In this document: positions 48,371 through 58,650 of the stretch, piece by piece
How the letters are laid out: the number at the start of each line of letters is the position of its first letter
Position numbering within the stretch: position 1 is the stretch's first letter
Source: Lachnospiraceae bacterium UBA3711
Lineage (GTDB): Bacteria > Bacillota > Clostridia > Lachnospirales > Lachnospiraceae
Direction: 5' to 3'
Assembly (NCBI GenBank): GCA_002371345.1
Contig: DFHY01000108.1
Location: 2,046-65,135 of the forward strand
DNA: 63,090 nucleotides
Program-made: the position numbers and the translations under genes
Notes under the pieces: model-generated
Told to the model about the DNA's origin: nothing
Seen by the model: only the letters and a program-made list of their open reading frames with translations
Databases searched by the model: none

Positions 48371-49015
48371 TCATCTATCTGACAGCTGCTCCAGCACCCG
48401 GGAATAGATATTGTCGGCCACCGGAATATACTTGTCAAGCATATCGGCTACGGCTGCGTTATACTCATCAGCCAGCCTGCGGTCCTTCATCATCTTCGTG
48501 TTGATAAGTACATTCAGCGAGGCTCCCTGAAGAGAAGCCCGGCAGAATACCGCGGCGTCGCCGGCGTCTGAGACAGCTGCCCTGCTTCCGTCCCGTGCGG
48601 CAATCAAGGTCAGGTCAAGCGCGCGGCATACATTTCTCATAATCTCCAGCGGGACCTGGCACGCGTCCTTCAGGCCCTGCTCTATGGCAGCGCTGCGCGC
48701 GTCCTTCTCCTCCTGCGTACCGCGCGGCATGGAATATGCCTGCATCAGGGGCAGGAACATCTCCGCGTCCTTTTTGATCAGATCCAGGAATTCATTCTGA
48801 AGAATCTCCTCCTGCCGGATGATATCCTCCATCTCTTCCTCGACCCCTGCGTATTTCTTATGCCCTACAGTCAGGTGAGCGACCATGTTCCCGAGAGCGG
48901 CGCCTATGCAGCCGCACAGAGCGCTCGCTCCCCCTCCGCCCGGCGCAGGCTCTCTTGAACCGAGCACGTCAGAAAACTCCCGAAGAGTCATCTGTGAATA
49001 ATCTTTATGTTCCAT
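48371..49015 (-). CDS. fchA: methenyl-THF cyclohydrolase / formimino-THF cyclodeaminase family
   Basis: PAPGGGGASA, MVAHLTVG, AVSDAG, LNVLIN. Confidence 0.88.
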   Translation of the reverse strand: MEHKDYSQMTLREFSDVLGSREPAPGGGGASALCGCIGAALGNMVAHLTVGHKKYAGVEEEMEDIIRQEEILQNEFLDLIKKDAEMFLPLMQAYSMPRGTQEEKDARSAAIEQGLKDACQVPLEIMRNVCRALDLTLIAARDGSRAAVSDAGDAAVFCRASLQGASLNVLINTKMMKDRRLADEYNAAVADMLDKYIPVADNIYSRVLEQLSDR

Positions 49016-49097
49016 GTCATGCCTTTCCTGAAAATATTAATCTTAGAGCGCCTTATCCACTCAGAGCCGCGTGCTCAAAGAAGGTAAACGCCTGCTT

Positions 49098-49655
49098 TCA
49101 TCTGCCCGACAGATACAGGCTCCTTCCGCTTTCATGCAGGTCATTTCCATCACAGTCGATAATCACTGTAACAGGAAAATCCTTCACCGTAAGCCTGCGG
49201 ACCGCCTCGGGCCCAAGATCCTCATACGCTACAGGCTCACTCTTCACAATGTGCTTCGCAAGCAGCGCCCCCGCTCCTCCGATCGCGCCGAAATAGATAC
49301 CATGGTACTTCCTGATCGCCTCGATAACCTCAGGTGAGCGCTTCCCCTTGCCAATCATACCCCGCACTCCAAGGCTGAGCAGCTGCGGAGCCCATCTGTC
49401 CATACGTCCCGCAGTGGTAGGTCCCGCTGAACCGATTATCCGGCCCGGCTTCGCGGGGCTCGGACCAACATAATAGATGACAGCGTCACAGGTGTCAAAA
49501 GGAATCGGAACACCCTCCGCCAGCTGCCGCGTCATCCTCTCATGAGCCGCGTCACGCGCGGTATATACGATTCCCGACAGTAAGACATTATCTCCCATAT
49601 GGAGGCTCATAGCCGCATCCTGCGTCAGCGGAAGCGATATACGACGGTTCATCAT
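49098..49655 (-). CDS. class I fumarate/tartrate hydratase beta subunit
   Basis: YTARDAAH, GPTTAGRMD, MIGKG, LGPEA. Confidence 0.92.
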   Translation of the reverse strand: MMNRRISLPLTQDAAMSLHMGDNVLLSGIVYTARDAAHERMTRQLAEGVPIPFDTCDAVIYYVGPSPAKPGRIIGSAGPTTAGRMDRWAPQLLSLGVRGMIGKGKRSPEVIEAIRKYHGIYFGAIGGAGALLAKHIVKSEPVAYEDLGPEAVRRLTVKDFPVTVIIDCDGNDLHESGRSLYLSGR

Positions 49656-50494
49656 ATCACCTCCGTCTCATGCCTTGTCACATGGCAGCTTATATTCACG
49701 GCACACGGCATCCCTGCAATATGTGTCGGAAGCGTCTCTATGTTAACGCCGAGCGCGGTCGTCCTGCCGCCAAAACCCTGCGGGCCGATGCCGAGTCCAT
49801 TGATCTCCGACAGCAGCTCATCCTCAAGCGACGCGTAGAACGGGTCGGGATTGCGCGATCCTGCCGGCCGAAGAAGCGCCTTCTTCGCAAGAAGGGCCAC
49901 ATGGTCAAAGTTACCGCCGATCCCTACGCCTACGATTATCGGAGGACAGGGGTTGGGGCCTGCGCACTCAACTGTCTTCAGTATAAAGTCACGGATCCCG
50001 TCAAGTCCTTCGGAGGGCTTGAGCATCTTAAGAGCGCTCATATTCTCTGAGCCGAAGCCCTTTGGCGCAACCGTGATCTTAACTCTGTCGCCCGGTACAA
50101 TATCAGTGGTTATAAGCGCCGGCGTATTATCCCCGGTGTTGCCCCTGCGGACAGGATCAGCCTCGACACTCTTACGCAGATATCCCTTGGTATACCCTCT
50201 TCGCACTCCTTCATTGACCGCGTCGTACAATCCGCCTCCGGTGAAATGAACCTCCTGTCCGATCTCCAGGAATACACACGCCATTCCCGTATCCTGGCAG
50301 ATCGGCGTCTGTTCTTCCGCCGCAAGAGTATAGTTCTCTATTATTCTGTCAAGTATGCTCCGGGCGATCTCACCGTCCTCGAGCTCTCTTAACTCAAGAA
50401 GCTTCTCCTGCACATCCTTCGGAAGATGCAGATTGGATGAGATGCACATCCGCTCAACAGCTTCCGTGACAATGCTGACATCAATCTCTCTCAT
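49652..50494 (-). CDS. class I fumarate hydratase alpha subunit
   Basis: PICQDTG, KGFGSEN, NPCPP, GIGPQGFGG, SCHVTRH. Confidence 0.92.
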   Translation of the reverse strand: MREIDVSIVTEAVERMCISSNLHLPKDVQEKLLELRELEDGEIARSILDRIIENYTLAAEEQTPICQDTGMACVFLEIGQEVHFTGGGLYDAVNEGVRRGYTKGYLRKSVEADPVRRGNTGDNTPALITTDIVPGDRVKITVAPKGFGSENMSALKMLKPSEGLDGIRDFILKTVECAGPNPCPPIIVGVGIGGNFDHVALLAKKALLRPAGSRNPDPFYASLEDELLSEINGLGIGPQGFGGRTTALGVNIETLPTHIAGMPCAVNISCHVTRHETEVI

Positions 50495-51414
50495 ATGAAC
50501 TGCTCCATGAATCTCTCCCCGAACCCGCTCATCTCCAGCACTCGCCGGACATCTTCAGCGCGGTTCAGCGCATACAGGTGTATCCCGTTTATTCCCAGCG
50601 TCAGATACCGGTTCAGCAGATCCGCGCTGTAGGCCAGCCCTTCCTCACGGAAGGCCGCCTTCACTTCAGGTATGTCATTTCCATCCGGATCCTTGTCAAA
50701 CCAGTGATGAGTCAGCACCAGGGCGAGATCTCTCGGGACCGCGCAGGCGTTCCTGGAGAAGCACTGTGTCATGACTCCGCTCTTCGATGTCACGGGCATG
50801 ATCCCGACGTCTACAGGCATTGTTATCCCGGCCTTGTCCAGCTTGTCACGCCAGACCTTGAACTGCTCCAGGTCATAGCACAGCTGGGTAATGATATAGT
50901 CGGCGCCGAGATCCTGCTTGAGCTTGAGATAGGCGATATCATTGTCCTCGCTCGTGCATTCGACGTGGCCTCCCGGAGCTGCGGCTACAGCGATCTCGAA
51001 CCGGTCTCCGAACTCGGATCGTATGAACTCTACCAGGGCTGACGCGTGGTGGAAGTCCCCGCCGGTTCCTTCCCATCCAAAGGGGTAATCCCCCCTGAGC
51101 GCCAGTATATGGCTGACGCCGTCGTCCAGATAGTGCTTAAGCTGGGCCCTGACATCATCCTTCGTAAGGCCGATGCAGGTAAAATGCGTACACGCCTCCG
51201 TCCTCTCACTGATCAGGGCCAGCACCTCCCTGTTCTTACCTATGTTCGAACCGCCGGCGCCATATGTACAGGAGATGTAATCGGGCTGATATTCCCCGAG
51301 CTCGTCCAGCACGGAAGGCAGCTTACTCATGCCCGCGTCGGTCTTGGGAGGAAAAACTTCAAAAGAGAGCGTCAGACGCTCTCTCATCTTATCAGAAAAT
51401 CGATTGTTCGCCAT
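50491..51414 (-). CDS. metF: methylenetetrahydrofolate reductase
   Basis: SFEVFPPK, TYGAGG, HFTC, LALRGD, ITQL, HLYALN. Confidence 0.92.
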   Translation of the reverse strand: MANNRFSDKMRERLTLSFEVFPPKTDAGMSKLPSVLDELGEYQPDYISCTYGAGGSNIGKNREVLALISERTEACTHFTCIGLTKDDVRAQLKHYLDDGVSHILALRGDYPFGWEGTGGDFHHASALVEFIRSEFGDRFEIAVAAAPGGHVECTSEDNDIAYLKLKQDLGADYIITQLCYDLEQFKVWRDKLDKAGITMPVDVGIMPVTSKSGVMTQCFSRNACAVPRDLALVLTHHWFDKDPDGNDIPEVKAAFREEGLAYSADLLNRYLTLGINGIHLYALNRAEDVRRVLEMSGFGERFMEQFI

Positions 51415-51485
51415 AATCGGTCCCCTCTCAGTTAAGAATCATACGTTGAGGTGTACAAGTGCATCTTACCGGTTGTGTTCTCAGG

Positions 51486-52154
51486 TCATTCCGTTCGATC
51501 TTTGTGAAACAGATGTGTTTTACTCTCAGTCCCGTGTATCAGGCGCACAATATTGGCTCTGTGTTTCCACCAGCACAGGCACATGAGAAGGAACGCAAGA
51601 ATATCCGTTTCAATCAGGAAAGGCTGCGCCATATGCAGCTGGCCTGTCAGCCCCATCACTACTGTCCCGAGGAAGAACGCCGCGTAACAGGCGATTGATC
51701 CGGCGGATACATACTTTGTAGGTATCGATACTCCCAGAAAGACAGCCAGCCCGAAGGCCAGAAGCACGGGCCTGAAGCCCATCGCCATTCCGGCGGAAGC
51801 GGCCACGCCCTTGCCTCCCCGGAAATTCATATAGAACGGGAAGTCATGAGCGATAACAGCGCCGGCTCCGGCATACAGCCGAAGCATAGGTATGCATTCG
51901 GGATATCTGGATGAAAACAGAGCACCCACCAGTATACACGCAAGCCAGCTTTTCAGAAAATCACCGGCAAATGTAATAAGGCCCCATTTGGCTCCAAGGG
52001 TGCGGATCATGTTCGTTGTCCCCGCGTTCCCGCTTCCGTAATCGCGGATATCTATCCCCTTGATCTTTCCAATGATATAGCTGGTCTGAAACAGTCCGAA
52101 CAGATATCCGATCCCAAAGCAAACGACCCGGATCATCGCATGTTCTCCCTTCAT
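51486..52154 (-). CDS. plsY: glycerol-3-phosphate acyltransferase PlsY
   Basis: DIRDYGSGNAGTTN, FRGGKGVA, HRANIVRL. Confidence 0.93.
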   Translation of the reverse strand: MKGEHAMIRVVCFGIGYLFGLFQTSYIIGKIKGIDIRDYGSGNAGTTNMIRTLGAKWGLITFAGDFLKSWLACILVGALFSSRYPECIPMLRLYAGAGAVIAHDFPFYMNFRGGKGVAASAGMAMGFRPVLLAFGLAVFLGVSIPTKYVSAGSIACYAAFFLGTVVMGLTGQLHMAQPFLIETDILAFLLMCLCWWKHRANIVRLIHGTESKTHLFHKDRTE

Positions 52155-52199
52155 GTTTTTATATACATTACTTCTGGCGGCCAGGTGCCGGAAAGCAGG

Positions 52200-53531
52200 T
52201 TACGGCTGGTCTTTTCTTGCTCTCTCCCTGGTAATTATCCTTATAGCGGTTCCCTTGAAGCCGAATGCCGTGCGTATCTGGTTCTCGATATACCGCTCAT
52301 AGGAAAAATGCATCAGCTTCCTGTCATTTACAAAGAGGACAAATGTCGGCGGCGCCACGCCTACCTGAGTCATATAGTAGCACTTAAGCCGCTTGCCCTT
52401 GTCCATCGGCGGCTGCTGAAGGGCAACAGCCTCTGACAGGATCTCGTTCAGCACGCCGGTAGCGACACGGCGGTTCGCGCTCTCGATAACCTCATCGATC
52501 ATAGGATACAGTCTCTGCAGCCTCTGCCCTGTCTTTGCAGACAGAAACAGGATATCCGCGTACTGCATAAACGACAGTGTGGAACGTATCCGCGCTGTGA
52601 ACTGATTGACCGTCTTGTTGTCCTTCTCGACAGTGTCCCACTTGTTGACAGCGATGATGATGCCCTTTCCCCGTTCATGAGCGATACCCGCAACCTTGGC
52701 GTCCTGCTCGGTGATCCCTTCGCCGGCGTCAATCACGACTACGACCACATCGGAGCGCTCGATTGCCGCGACCGCACGCACTATCATGTAGTGTTCAAGA
52801 TCCTCTTTTATCTTATTCTTGCGGCGGATTCCCGCGGTATCGATGAATACATATTCTTTTCCGTTGTACCGGACCTCGGTGTCGACAGCGTCCCTCGTGG
52901 TTCCCGCGATATCCGACACGATAAGCCTGTCCTCTCCCAGCAGCCGGTTTATGATGGAGCTCTTGCCGACATTCGGCTTTCCCACTATCGCGATCTTCGG
53001 GCGGTCATCCTCATCCTCGGCGGCTGTCTTCTCCGGCAGATATTCAAGCACCTTGTCGAGGAGGTCACCTATGCCGGTGCGGTTCGCGGCCGAGATCGGA
53101 TACGGATCGCCGATCCCGAGATTATAGAATTCATACACCGCCGCCTCGTCTCTCTGCCAGCTGTCAACCTTGTTCACGACCAGCAGAACCGGCTTATGGC
53201 TGCGCCGCAGCATATCGGCGACCTTCGCGTCAGCGTCGACCAGTCCCTGCTTAAGATCTGTCAGAAACAGGATAACATCCGCCGTGTCTATCGCTATCTG
53301 TGCCTGCTCGCGCATCTGCGCAAGGATAATATCGCTTGTATCAGGCTCTATTCCCCCTGTATCGATCAGGGTGAAGCTGCGGTTAAGCCACTCGACATCC
53401 GCGTAGATCCTGTCCCTGGTCACACCCGGAGTATCTTCTATTATGGAAATGCGCGCGCCGGCGAGGGAGTTGAACAGTGTTGACTTCCCGACATTCGGCC
53501 TGCCGACGATCGCTACGATTGGTTTGCTCAT
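52200..53531 (-). CDS. der: ribosome biogenesis GTPase Der
   Basis: Two GTPase domains (GRPNVGKS, GKPNVGKS) and a KH-like C-terminus. Confidence 0.97.
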   Translation of the reverse strand: MSKPIVAIVGRPNVGKSTLFNSLAGARISIIEDTPGVTRDRIYADVEWLNRSFTLIDTGGIEPDTSDIILAQMREQAQIAIDTADVILFLTDLKQGLVDADAKVADMLRRSHKPVLLVVNKVDSWQRDEAAVYEFYNLGIGDPYPISAANRTGIGDLLDKVLEYLPEKTAAEDEDDRPKIAIVGKPNVGKSSIINRLLGEDRLIVSDIAGTTRDAVDTEVRYNGKEYVFIDTAGIRRKNKIKEDLEHYMIVRAVAAIERSDVVVVVIDAGEGITEQDAKVAGIAHERGKGIIIAVNKWDTVEKDNKTVNQFTARIRSTLSFMQYADILFLSAKTGQRLQRLYPMIDEVIESANRRVATGVLNEILSEAVALQQPPMDKGKRLKCYYMTQVGVAPPTFVLFVNDRKLMHFSYERYIENQIRTAFGFKGTAIRIITRERARKDQP

Positions 53532-53629
53532 GTATCAGTTATTCCTTCCTGAGACAGATCTTAATTAACTCTCCTCCGATCCGTCTGATTTAAGAGATCA
53601 CCGCTGACAGTATAATCCCGGGCAGCGGA

Positions 53630-55144
53630 TTACTCATCGGTAAAACCGGTTACAGCCCTTACAAGGCTCTGACCGTCCGATTCTACAATAATGATATTTG
53701 TTTGTAAAGCTTCCTCAAGCTGCCCTACCGTCATGTCGTCCAGGAACACATCCTCGCCGCTTCTGAGCATATTTACCGGAAGAAGCAGGCTGTCCCCGAG
53801 ATCTCTTCCCTTCAGCTGGGATTTCAGATCCTGCCCTGTTATAAGGCCCGAAACCGTGATGGTCTCTCCGAAAAAACAGTTGGTGATGGTGGCAACGTCA
53901 GCATGCGCAAACGGAAACGCCGAAGTAATCTCCGATACGAGGCCCCTTATAATCGGGGCGGCCAGCTGGCCGGTGGCTATCGTCACGCGGCGGGTGCATG
54001 CCTGAGGCATCCTGCCGTCATATCCCATCTTCAAGCCCGGACCATAGCTGCTGATACTGCCATCCTCTGTTTCCGCAGCCTGTTCATGGCTCCGGATGTC
54101 ACCGGCTTCCATATCTGCGGCATGTTCATACTTCCCGGCCAGGCAGGCGCGATAATGGCAGATTGATTCGCGCACCTGTTCTGTCAGAAGGCGCACCATG
54201 CCGACGCCGTTCTCAAGCTGAAGATATCCGTCATAGCTCCCCTCCTCCGGAAGAGGACGCCCCGCGAGTATATACCACTCATCGCTCGCATGGATCAGAT
54301 GAGTTCCGTACTTCTCCATATAATAGCGCTGCCATCTCTCTATCTGGTCGATTACAGCGCAGGCGTCACTTCCGTTGAAGCTCTCAAGCTTCGGAAGATG
54401 CTCCCTGTACCTTGTCAGTCCGACCGGCACGACAGAGACGCTCTTCAGCTGAGGAAGATAAGACTCAAACTCCCCCAGGGAATACTCAAGCATATCCCCG
54501 TCGTTTATCCCCTTACACAGCACGATCTGGCCGTTCATCTCTATGCCGGCGTCCTTCAGACGTCTCACCTTCGGGAAGATGTCTCCCGCGAAACGATTGT
54601 GAAGCATCCTGCAGCGAAGCTTGGGATCCATCGCGTGAAACGAGATGTTGATAGGCTCCAGATGATACATGATAATCCTGTCGATATCATGGTCCGACAT
54701 ATTAGTCAGCGTTATGTAATTGCCCTGCAGAAAACTCAGCCTCGCGTCGTCGTCATGGAAGTACAGAGTCTCCCTCATACCCGGAGGCATCTGATCGATG
54801 AAGCAGAATACACACTTGTTCCTGCACGAGCGGTACTCGTCCATCAGCCCGCTCTCGAACTCGATACCGAGATCCTCCGACGGATCCTTCTCTATCTCAA
54901 GCTCCCAGTCCTCGGGCTCGCCGTCAGAAAGACCCATCTCAAGAAACTCTTCAGAGTGGACGCCCTTGCGTATAACGAGCGTTATATTATCGTCCCTGAT
55001 CAGATACCTGTAATCAAATACATCCTCCACCGGCATGTCATTTATGGATAACAGGCTGTCACCCGGCTCTATGCCATATTCTTCGGCGATTGAACCGGGT
55101 GAAACAGAACGTATCTTATGTAAGCTTTCCTGCTGTCTTGACAT
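53630..55144 (-). CDS. PDZ + DUF512 radical SAM-like Fe-S protein
   Basis: SCRNKCVFCFIDQMP, LSFLQGNYITLTN, QLENGVG, TVSGLITG. Confidence 0.9.
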   Translation of the reverse strand: MSRQQESLHKIRSVSPGSIAEEYGIEPGDSLLSINDMPVEDVFDYRYLIRDDNITLVIRKGVHSEEFLEMGLSDGEPEDWELEIEKDPSEDLGIEFESGLMDEYRSCRNKCVFCFIDQMPPGMRETLYFHDDDARLSFLQGNYITLTNMSDHDIDRIIMYHLEPINISFHAMDPKLRCRMLHNRFAGDIFPKVRRLKDAGIEMNGQIVLCKGINDGDMLEYSLGEFESYLPQLKSVSVVPVGLTRYREHLPKLESFNGSDACAVIDQIERWQRYYMEKYGTHLIHASDEWYILAGRPLPEEGSYDGYLQLENGVGMVRLLTEQVRESICHYRACLAGKYEHAADMEAGDIRSHEQAAETEDGSISSYGPGLKMGYDGRMPQACTRRVTIATGQLAAPIIRGLVSEITSAFPFAHADVATITNCFFGETITVSGLITGQDLKSQLKGRDLGDSLLLPVNMLRSGEDVFLDDMTVGQLEEALQTNIIIVESDGQSLVRAVTGFTDE

Positions 55145-55213
55145 ATATCAGATTCCCCGGAAAGGCAGGTTCCAGTACAGCACCTTCCAATTTGCTCAGA
55201 CATTTTACAGTGC

Positions 55214-56380
55214 TTATTGGTTCAGCTGCTGCAGAAGCTGATTGATCTTGGCAGTCGGAGACTGTATGCCGCTGATCGAAATATCGTGGTTCATATGGTC
55301 TATGATAGTCGCGAGATATTCGGTCATATCAGCCTCGGCGTACCATTCCCTGCCGAGAAGCTCAGGCGGGCGGTAATTCAGGTTGGTAGTGACGACCTTC
55401 GACAGATATCCCTTCTCATAATAATCGTCAAACTCGTCAAGGCCGTCGGTAAACAGTCCGAACGTCGTACATACAAAGACCCTGTTCGCTCCGCTCTCCT
55501 TGATCTGCCTCGCTACATCAAGCATGCTCCCGCCCGATGAGATCATGTCATCGATGACAAGCACGTCCTTGCCCTTGACCGGAGCGCCTATGAACTCATG
55601 CGCGACTATTGGATTCTTGCCGTTGACAATCTTCGTGTAGTCTCTTCTCTTATAGAACATGCCGAGCTCAAGCCCCAGAATATTCGCGAAGTATACAGAC
55701 CTCTCCATCGCTCCTTCATCAGGGCTTATAACCATTGCTGTATCCTTGTCGAGGTGAAGGTTCGGAACCGTCTGGACAAGCGCCTTCAGAAACTGATACG
55801 TCGGCATGAACGAATCGAAGCCTGACAGCGGTATCGCGTTCTGTACCCTGGGATCATGCGCGTCAAATGTCACGATTCCCGAGACTCCCATCGCCTCGAG
55901 CTCCTCAAGGAATACCGCGCAGTCAAGCGACTCTCGCTTGGTCCTCCTGTGCTGGCGCCCGCCGTACAGAAACGGCATCACGACCGTGATTCTCTTTGCC
56001 TTGCCGTTGGCCGCCGATATTATCCGCTTCAGGTCTTCGTAGTGATTGTCGGGAGACATATGGTTCTCCTCACCGAAGACGGAATAAGTTATGCTGGAGT
56101 TGAGCACATCAACGATAATGTACAGATCCGCCCCTCGGACCGAATCGTTGATTATGCCTCTGCCCTCTCCGGTCCCGTAACGCGGGCACCTGCAGTCGAT
56201 CAGGTAGCTGTCAGCGCAGTATCCCTTGAGCGGGAGATTCGTCGCCTTCGCAAGCGGTGACTTCCGCCGCATCTCAACCAGATCACGGTCGACAACACTG
56301 GCAAATTCCCTGCAGCCCTCAAGAGCTGCGATCTTCAGCGGTCCGGCAGGAAGAGTATCAGATAGTATATCAATCGCCAT
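55214..56380 (-). CDS. prs: ribose-phosphate pyrophosphokinase (long clostridial type)
   Basis: SVRGAD, MPFLYGGRQH, DAHDP, SPDEG, IDDMISSGGS. Confidence 0.9.
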   Translation of the reverse strand: MAIDILSDTLPAGPLKIAALEGCREFASVVDRDLVEMRRKSPLAKATNLPLKGYCADSYLIDCRCPRYGTGEGRGIINDSVRGADLYIIVDVLNSSITYSVFGEENHMSPDNHYEDLKRIISAANGKAKRITVVMPFLYGGRQHRRTKRESLDCAVFLEELEAMGVSGIVTFDAHDPRVQNAIPLSGFDSFMPTYQFLKALVQTVPNLHLDKDTAMVISPDEGAMERSVYFANILGLELGMFYKRRDYTKIVNGKNPIVAHEFIGAPVKGKDVLVIDDMISSGGSMLDVARQIKESGANRVFVCTTFGLFTDGLDEFDDYYEKGYLSKVVTTNLNYRPPELLGREWYAEADMTEYLATIIDHMNHDISISGIQSPTAKINQLLQQLNQ

Positions 56381-56461
56381 GTAGTTTCCTCCTATGAGAC
56401 TGTTCCAGTGACATTATAGGCGAGCCTGCATACAACTGCAAGGAGCTTTATTCTTCATTGA

Positions 56462-57367
56462 CTACCTGAGCATCAGCACAGCGCCTTCATTTCCGCGCCT
56501 TCCATGGCTTGCCCTGTGCGAAAAGATGTAATCCACATTGCATGACGTGCAGATGTCCGGAAGAGATATATTGTCCTCCTTCATGCCGGCCATGATGAAG
56601 TTCTCCATGCAGGCGAGCTGGAGATTGACCTGGTACTTCTGCTCTCCCGTCTCTGTCAGACGGCCCCTGCGCACAAGAGACTCATGCAGCGTGGAGTCAT
56701 ACTTATCTATGAACTCGTCGGCGACATTCTTACTGACCTCGAAGCAGTCCATACATATGGATGGCCCGATCGCGGCCACAAGATCGCCCGGCGAGGATCC
56801 ATATACCGCGTGCATCATCGATACAGCCTTTGTGCCTATTCCCTTTATCGTCCCTCTCCATCCTGAATGCACCGATGCTATGGCCCTGTGTACGGGATCG
56901 ACGATGAGCAGCGGCACACAGTCGGCGTAAAATGTCATGAGAGCCTGGCCCGTAATATCCGTCATCATCCCGTCGACATCATTGAATTCATTTGGCCTTG
57001 TCATACCGTTTCCCCGGTCGATATCCTGAAGGATCCTGATATTGTCAGTGTGGGTCTGGTTAGAGAACACCAGCGATTCATACGGATACCCCACGGCATC
57101 CGCCAGTCTCCTGTGGTTCTCGGTAAAGTTGGCCCGGCACTGAGCCTCGGTCAGATTCATGTTCATCGCGACTTCCCGTGCCAGGCTCAGGTTCATGGCG
57201 CCGGCGTCGCCCGTCGACACGCCTCCCGAACGGGTGCTGAAAGCATTGACCAGAAACGGAAACCGGTCAAGTATCGGAAATGAAAACCATTCAACCCCGC
57301 CCTTGCAGTGATATGTAAGATGGTCGATATCACGGCTCATTTTTTTCCTGATATAATTCTCTTCCAT
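56462..57367 (-). CDS. pgeF: PgeF/YfiH family protein
   Basis: FSTRSGGVS, QTH, ADCVP, HSGWRG, GPSICMDCFEV, CTSC..FSHR. Confidence 0.9.
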   Translation of the reverse strand: MEENYIRKKMSRDIDHLTYHCKGGVEWFSFPILDRFPFLVNAFSTRSGGVSTGDAGAMNLSLAREVAMNMNLTEAQCRANFTENHRRLADAVGYPYESLVFSNQTHTDNIRILQDIDRGNGMTRPNEFNDVDGMMTDITGQALMTFYADCVPLLIVDPVHRAIASVHSGWRGTIKGIGTKAVSMMHAVYGSSPGDLVAAIGPSICMDCFEVSKNVADEFIDKYDSTLHESLVRRGRLTETGEQKYQVNLQLACMENFIMAGMKEDNISLPDICTSCNVDYIFSHRASHGRRGNEGAVLMLR

Positions 57368-57427
57368 ACTCAATAATCCTTCTTTTCGCTGATATCGGGA
57401 AACACTATCGCTTGTTCCCGGCAAATG

Positions 57428-57805
57428 TCATCCGAAAAAGGCCGCCCCCTGAGCGGAGGAATACCCAAATGCATTCCTCACAAGACGCGCCCTGCCTCCG
57501 TCAACAGACACCACATCAAAACGCACCGGCACAGACGGACTTATATGATGCCTGTACATATAATACCTGGCCGCGCTGCAGATCCTCTCCTGTTTCCTGA
57601 AGTTGACCGCCTCTGCGCCATATCCGCATGAGCGTGATGCGCGCGCCTTAACCTCTACGAATACAAGGTACTTCCCTTCGCGTGCCACAATATCAATCTC
57701 CGCTCTCCCGGATCTGAAATTGCGCTCAAGGATTCTGTATCCCTCTCCGGTCAGCAGCCTGCATGCCAGTGTCTCGAATACTGTGCCCTTTTCTCTTTTA
57801 TTCAT
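57428..57805 (-). CDS. yraN: YraN family endonuclease-like protein
   Basis: GYRILERNFR..EIDIVA..LVFVEVKAR..RFDVV. Start uncertain. Confidence 0.88.
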   Translation of the reverse strand: MNKREKGTVFETLACRLLTGEGYRILERNFRSGRAEIDIVAREGKYLVFVEVKARASRSCGYGAEAVNFRKQERICSAARYYMYRHHISPSVPVRFDVVSVDGGRARLVRNAFGYSSAQGAAFFG

Positions 57806-57858
57806 ACCCTGTACCAGGGTGCTCTCTCCGATATAATACAGCTTCATTGAATCATCTG

Positions 57859-58638
57859 TCAGTGTTCCGACAGATTCCTCAGGAAGCTTTTCCTGTGGAT
57901 CGCGCACGGGCCGTACTTCTTAATGGCCTCATAATGGTCAGCGGTACCGTAACCCTTGTGGCGCGCGAATCCGTATTCCGGAAACAGTGAATCATATTCA
58001 GCCATAAGGCGGTCCCTCGTCACCTTCGCGATGATGCTGGCTGAAGCGATCGATATACTCTTAGCGTCCCCGTGAATTATGTTTTTCTGTTCTATCCTGA
58101 CCTGCGGGATAGTGACAGCGTCGTTCAGCAGTACCTGCGGCATGACGCTGAGTTTTCCTATAGCCTCGCACATCGCCTCATAGTCCGCCTGGAGTATATT
58201 GATCTCGTCAATTCTCCTGGGTCCTACGATTCCCACTCCGACACTGACAGCCTTATCCATGATCTCATCAAAGAGTTCCTCACGGCGCTTATGGGACAGC
58301 TTCTTGGAATCATTTATACCAAGTATCTCACATTCCTCAGGAAGAATAACCGCCCCTGCCACGACAGGTCCTGCGAGCGGCCCCCTGCCCGCCTCGTCTA
58401 TTCCGCATATCAGAGTATAACCCTTCCGGGCGCACTCGCGCTCATAGAAGCGCATCTTCTCAAGCCTGTCCCTCTCTGCAGCAAGCCTCGCGGCGGCAGC
58501 TTCCGCCCGGGCGGCGGTTTTGATAACGGATTCTCTTTGATCGCCCTTGAGCGAGTCGGCAAAAGCTCTGAGAGCTTCCGAATCGGTCTTGTCGATCTTC
58601 CTGAACCTGTCCTGAATCTGTGAAATGGTCTGCGCCAT
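57859..58638 (-). CDS. rnhB: ribonuclease HII
   Basis: GIDEAGRGPLAGPV, DSKKL, ASIIAKVTRD, HKGYGT. Confidence 0.96.
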   Translation of the reverse strand: MAQTISQIQDRFRKIDKTDSEALRAFADSLKGDQRESVIKTAARAEAAAARLAAERDRLEKMRFYERECARKGYTLICGIDEAGRGPLAGPVVAGAVILPEECEILGINDSKKLSHKRREELFDEIMDKAVSVGVGIVGPRRIDEINILQADYEAMCEAIGKLSVMPQVLLNDAVTIPQVRIEQKNIIHGDAKSISIASASIIAKVTRDRLMAEYDSLFPEYGFARHKGYGTADHYEAIKKYGPCAIHRKSFLRNLSEH

Positions 58639-58650
58639 GCCGAATTCCTC

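Noticed and set aside
51415-51490. SAM-III (SMK)-like element upstream of metF
   Set aside because: Only loose resemblance (AGAUGCACUUGUA..GAGAGGGGA); I cannot build the required anti-SD pairing. An Rfam scan would settle it.
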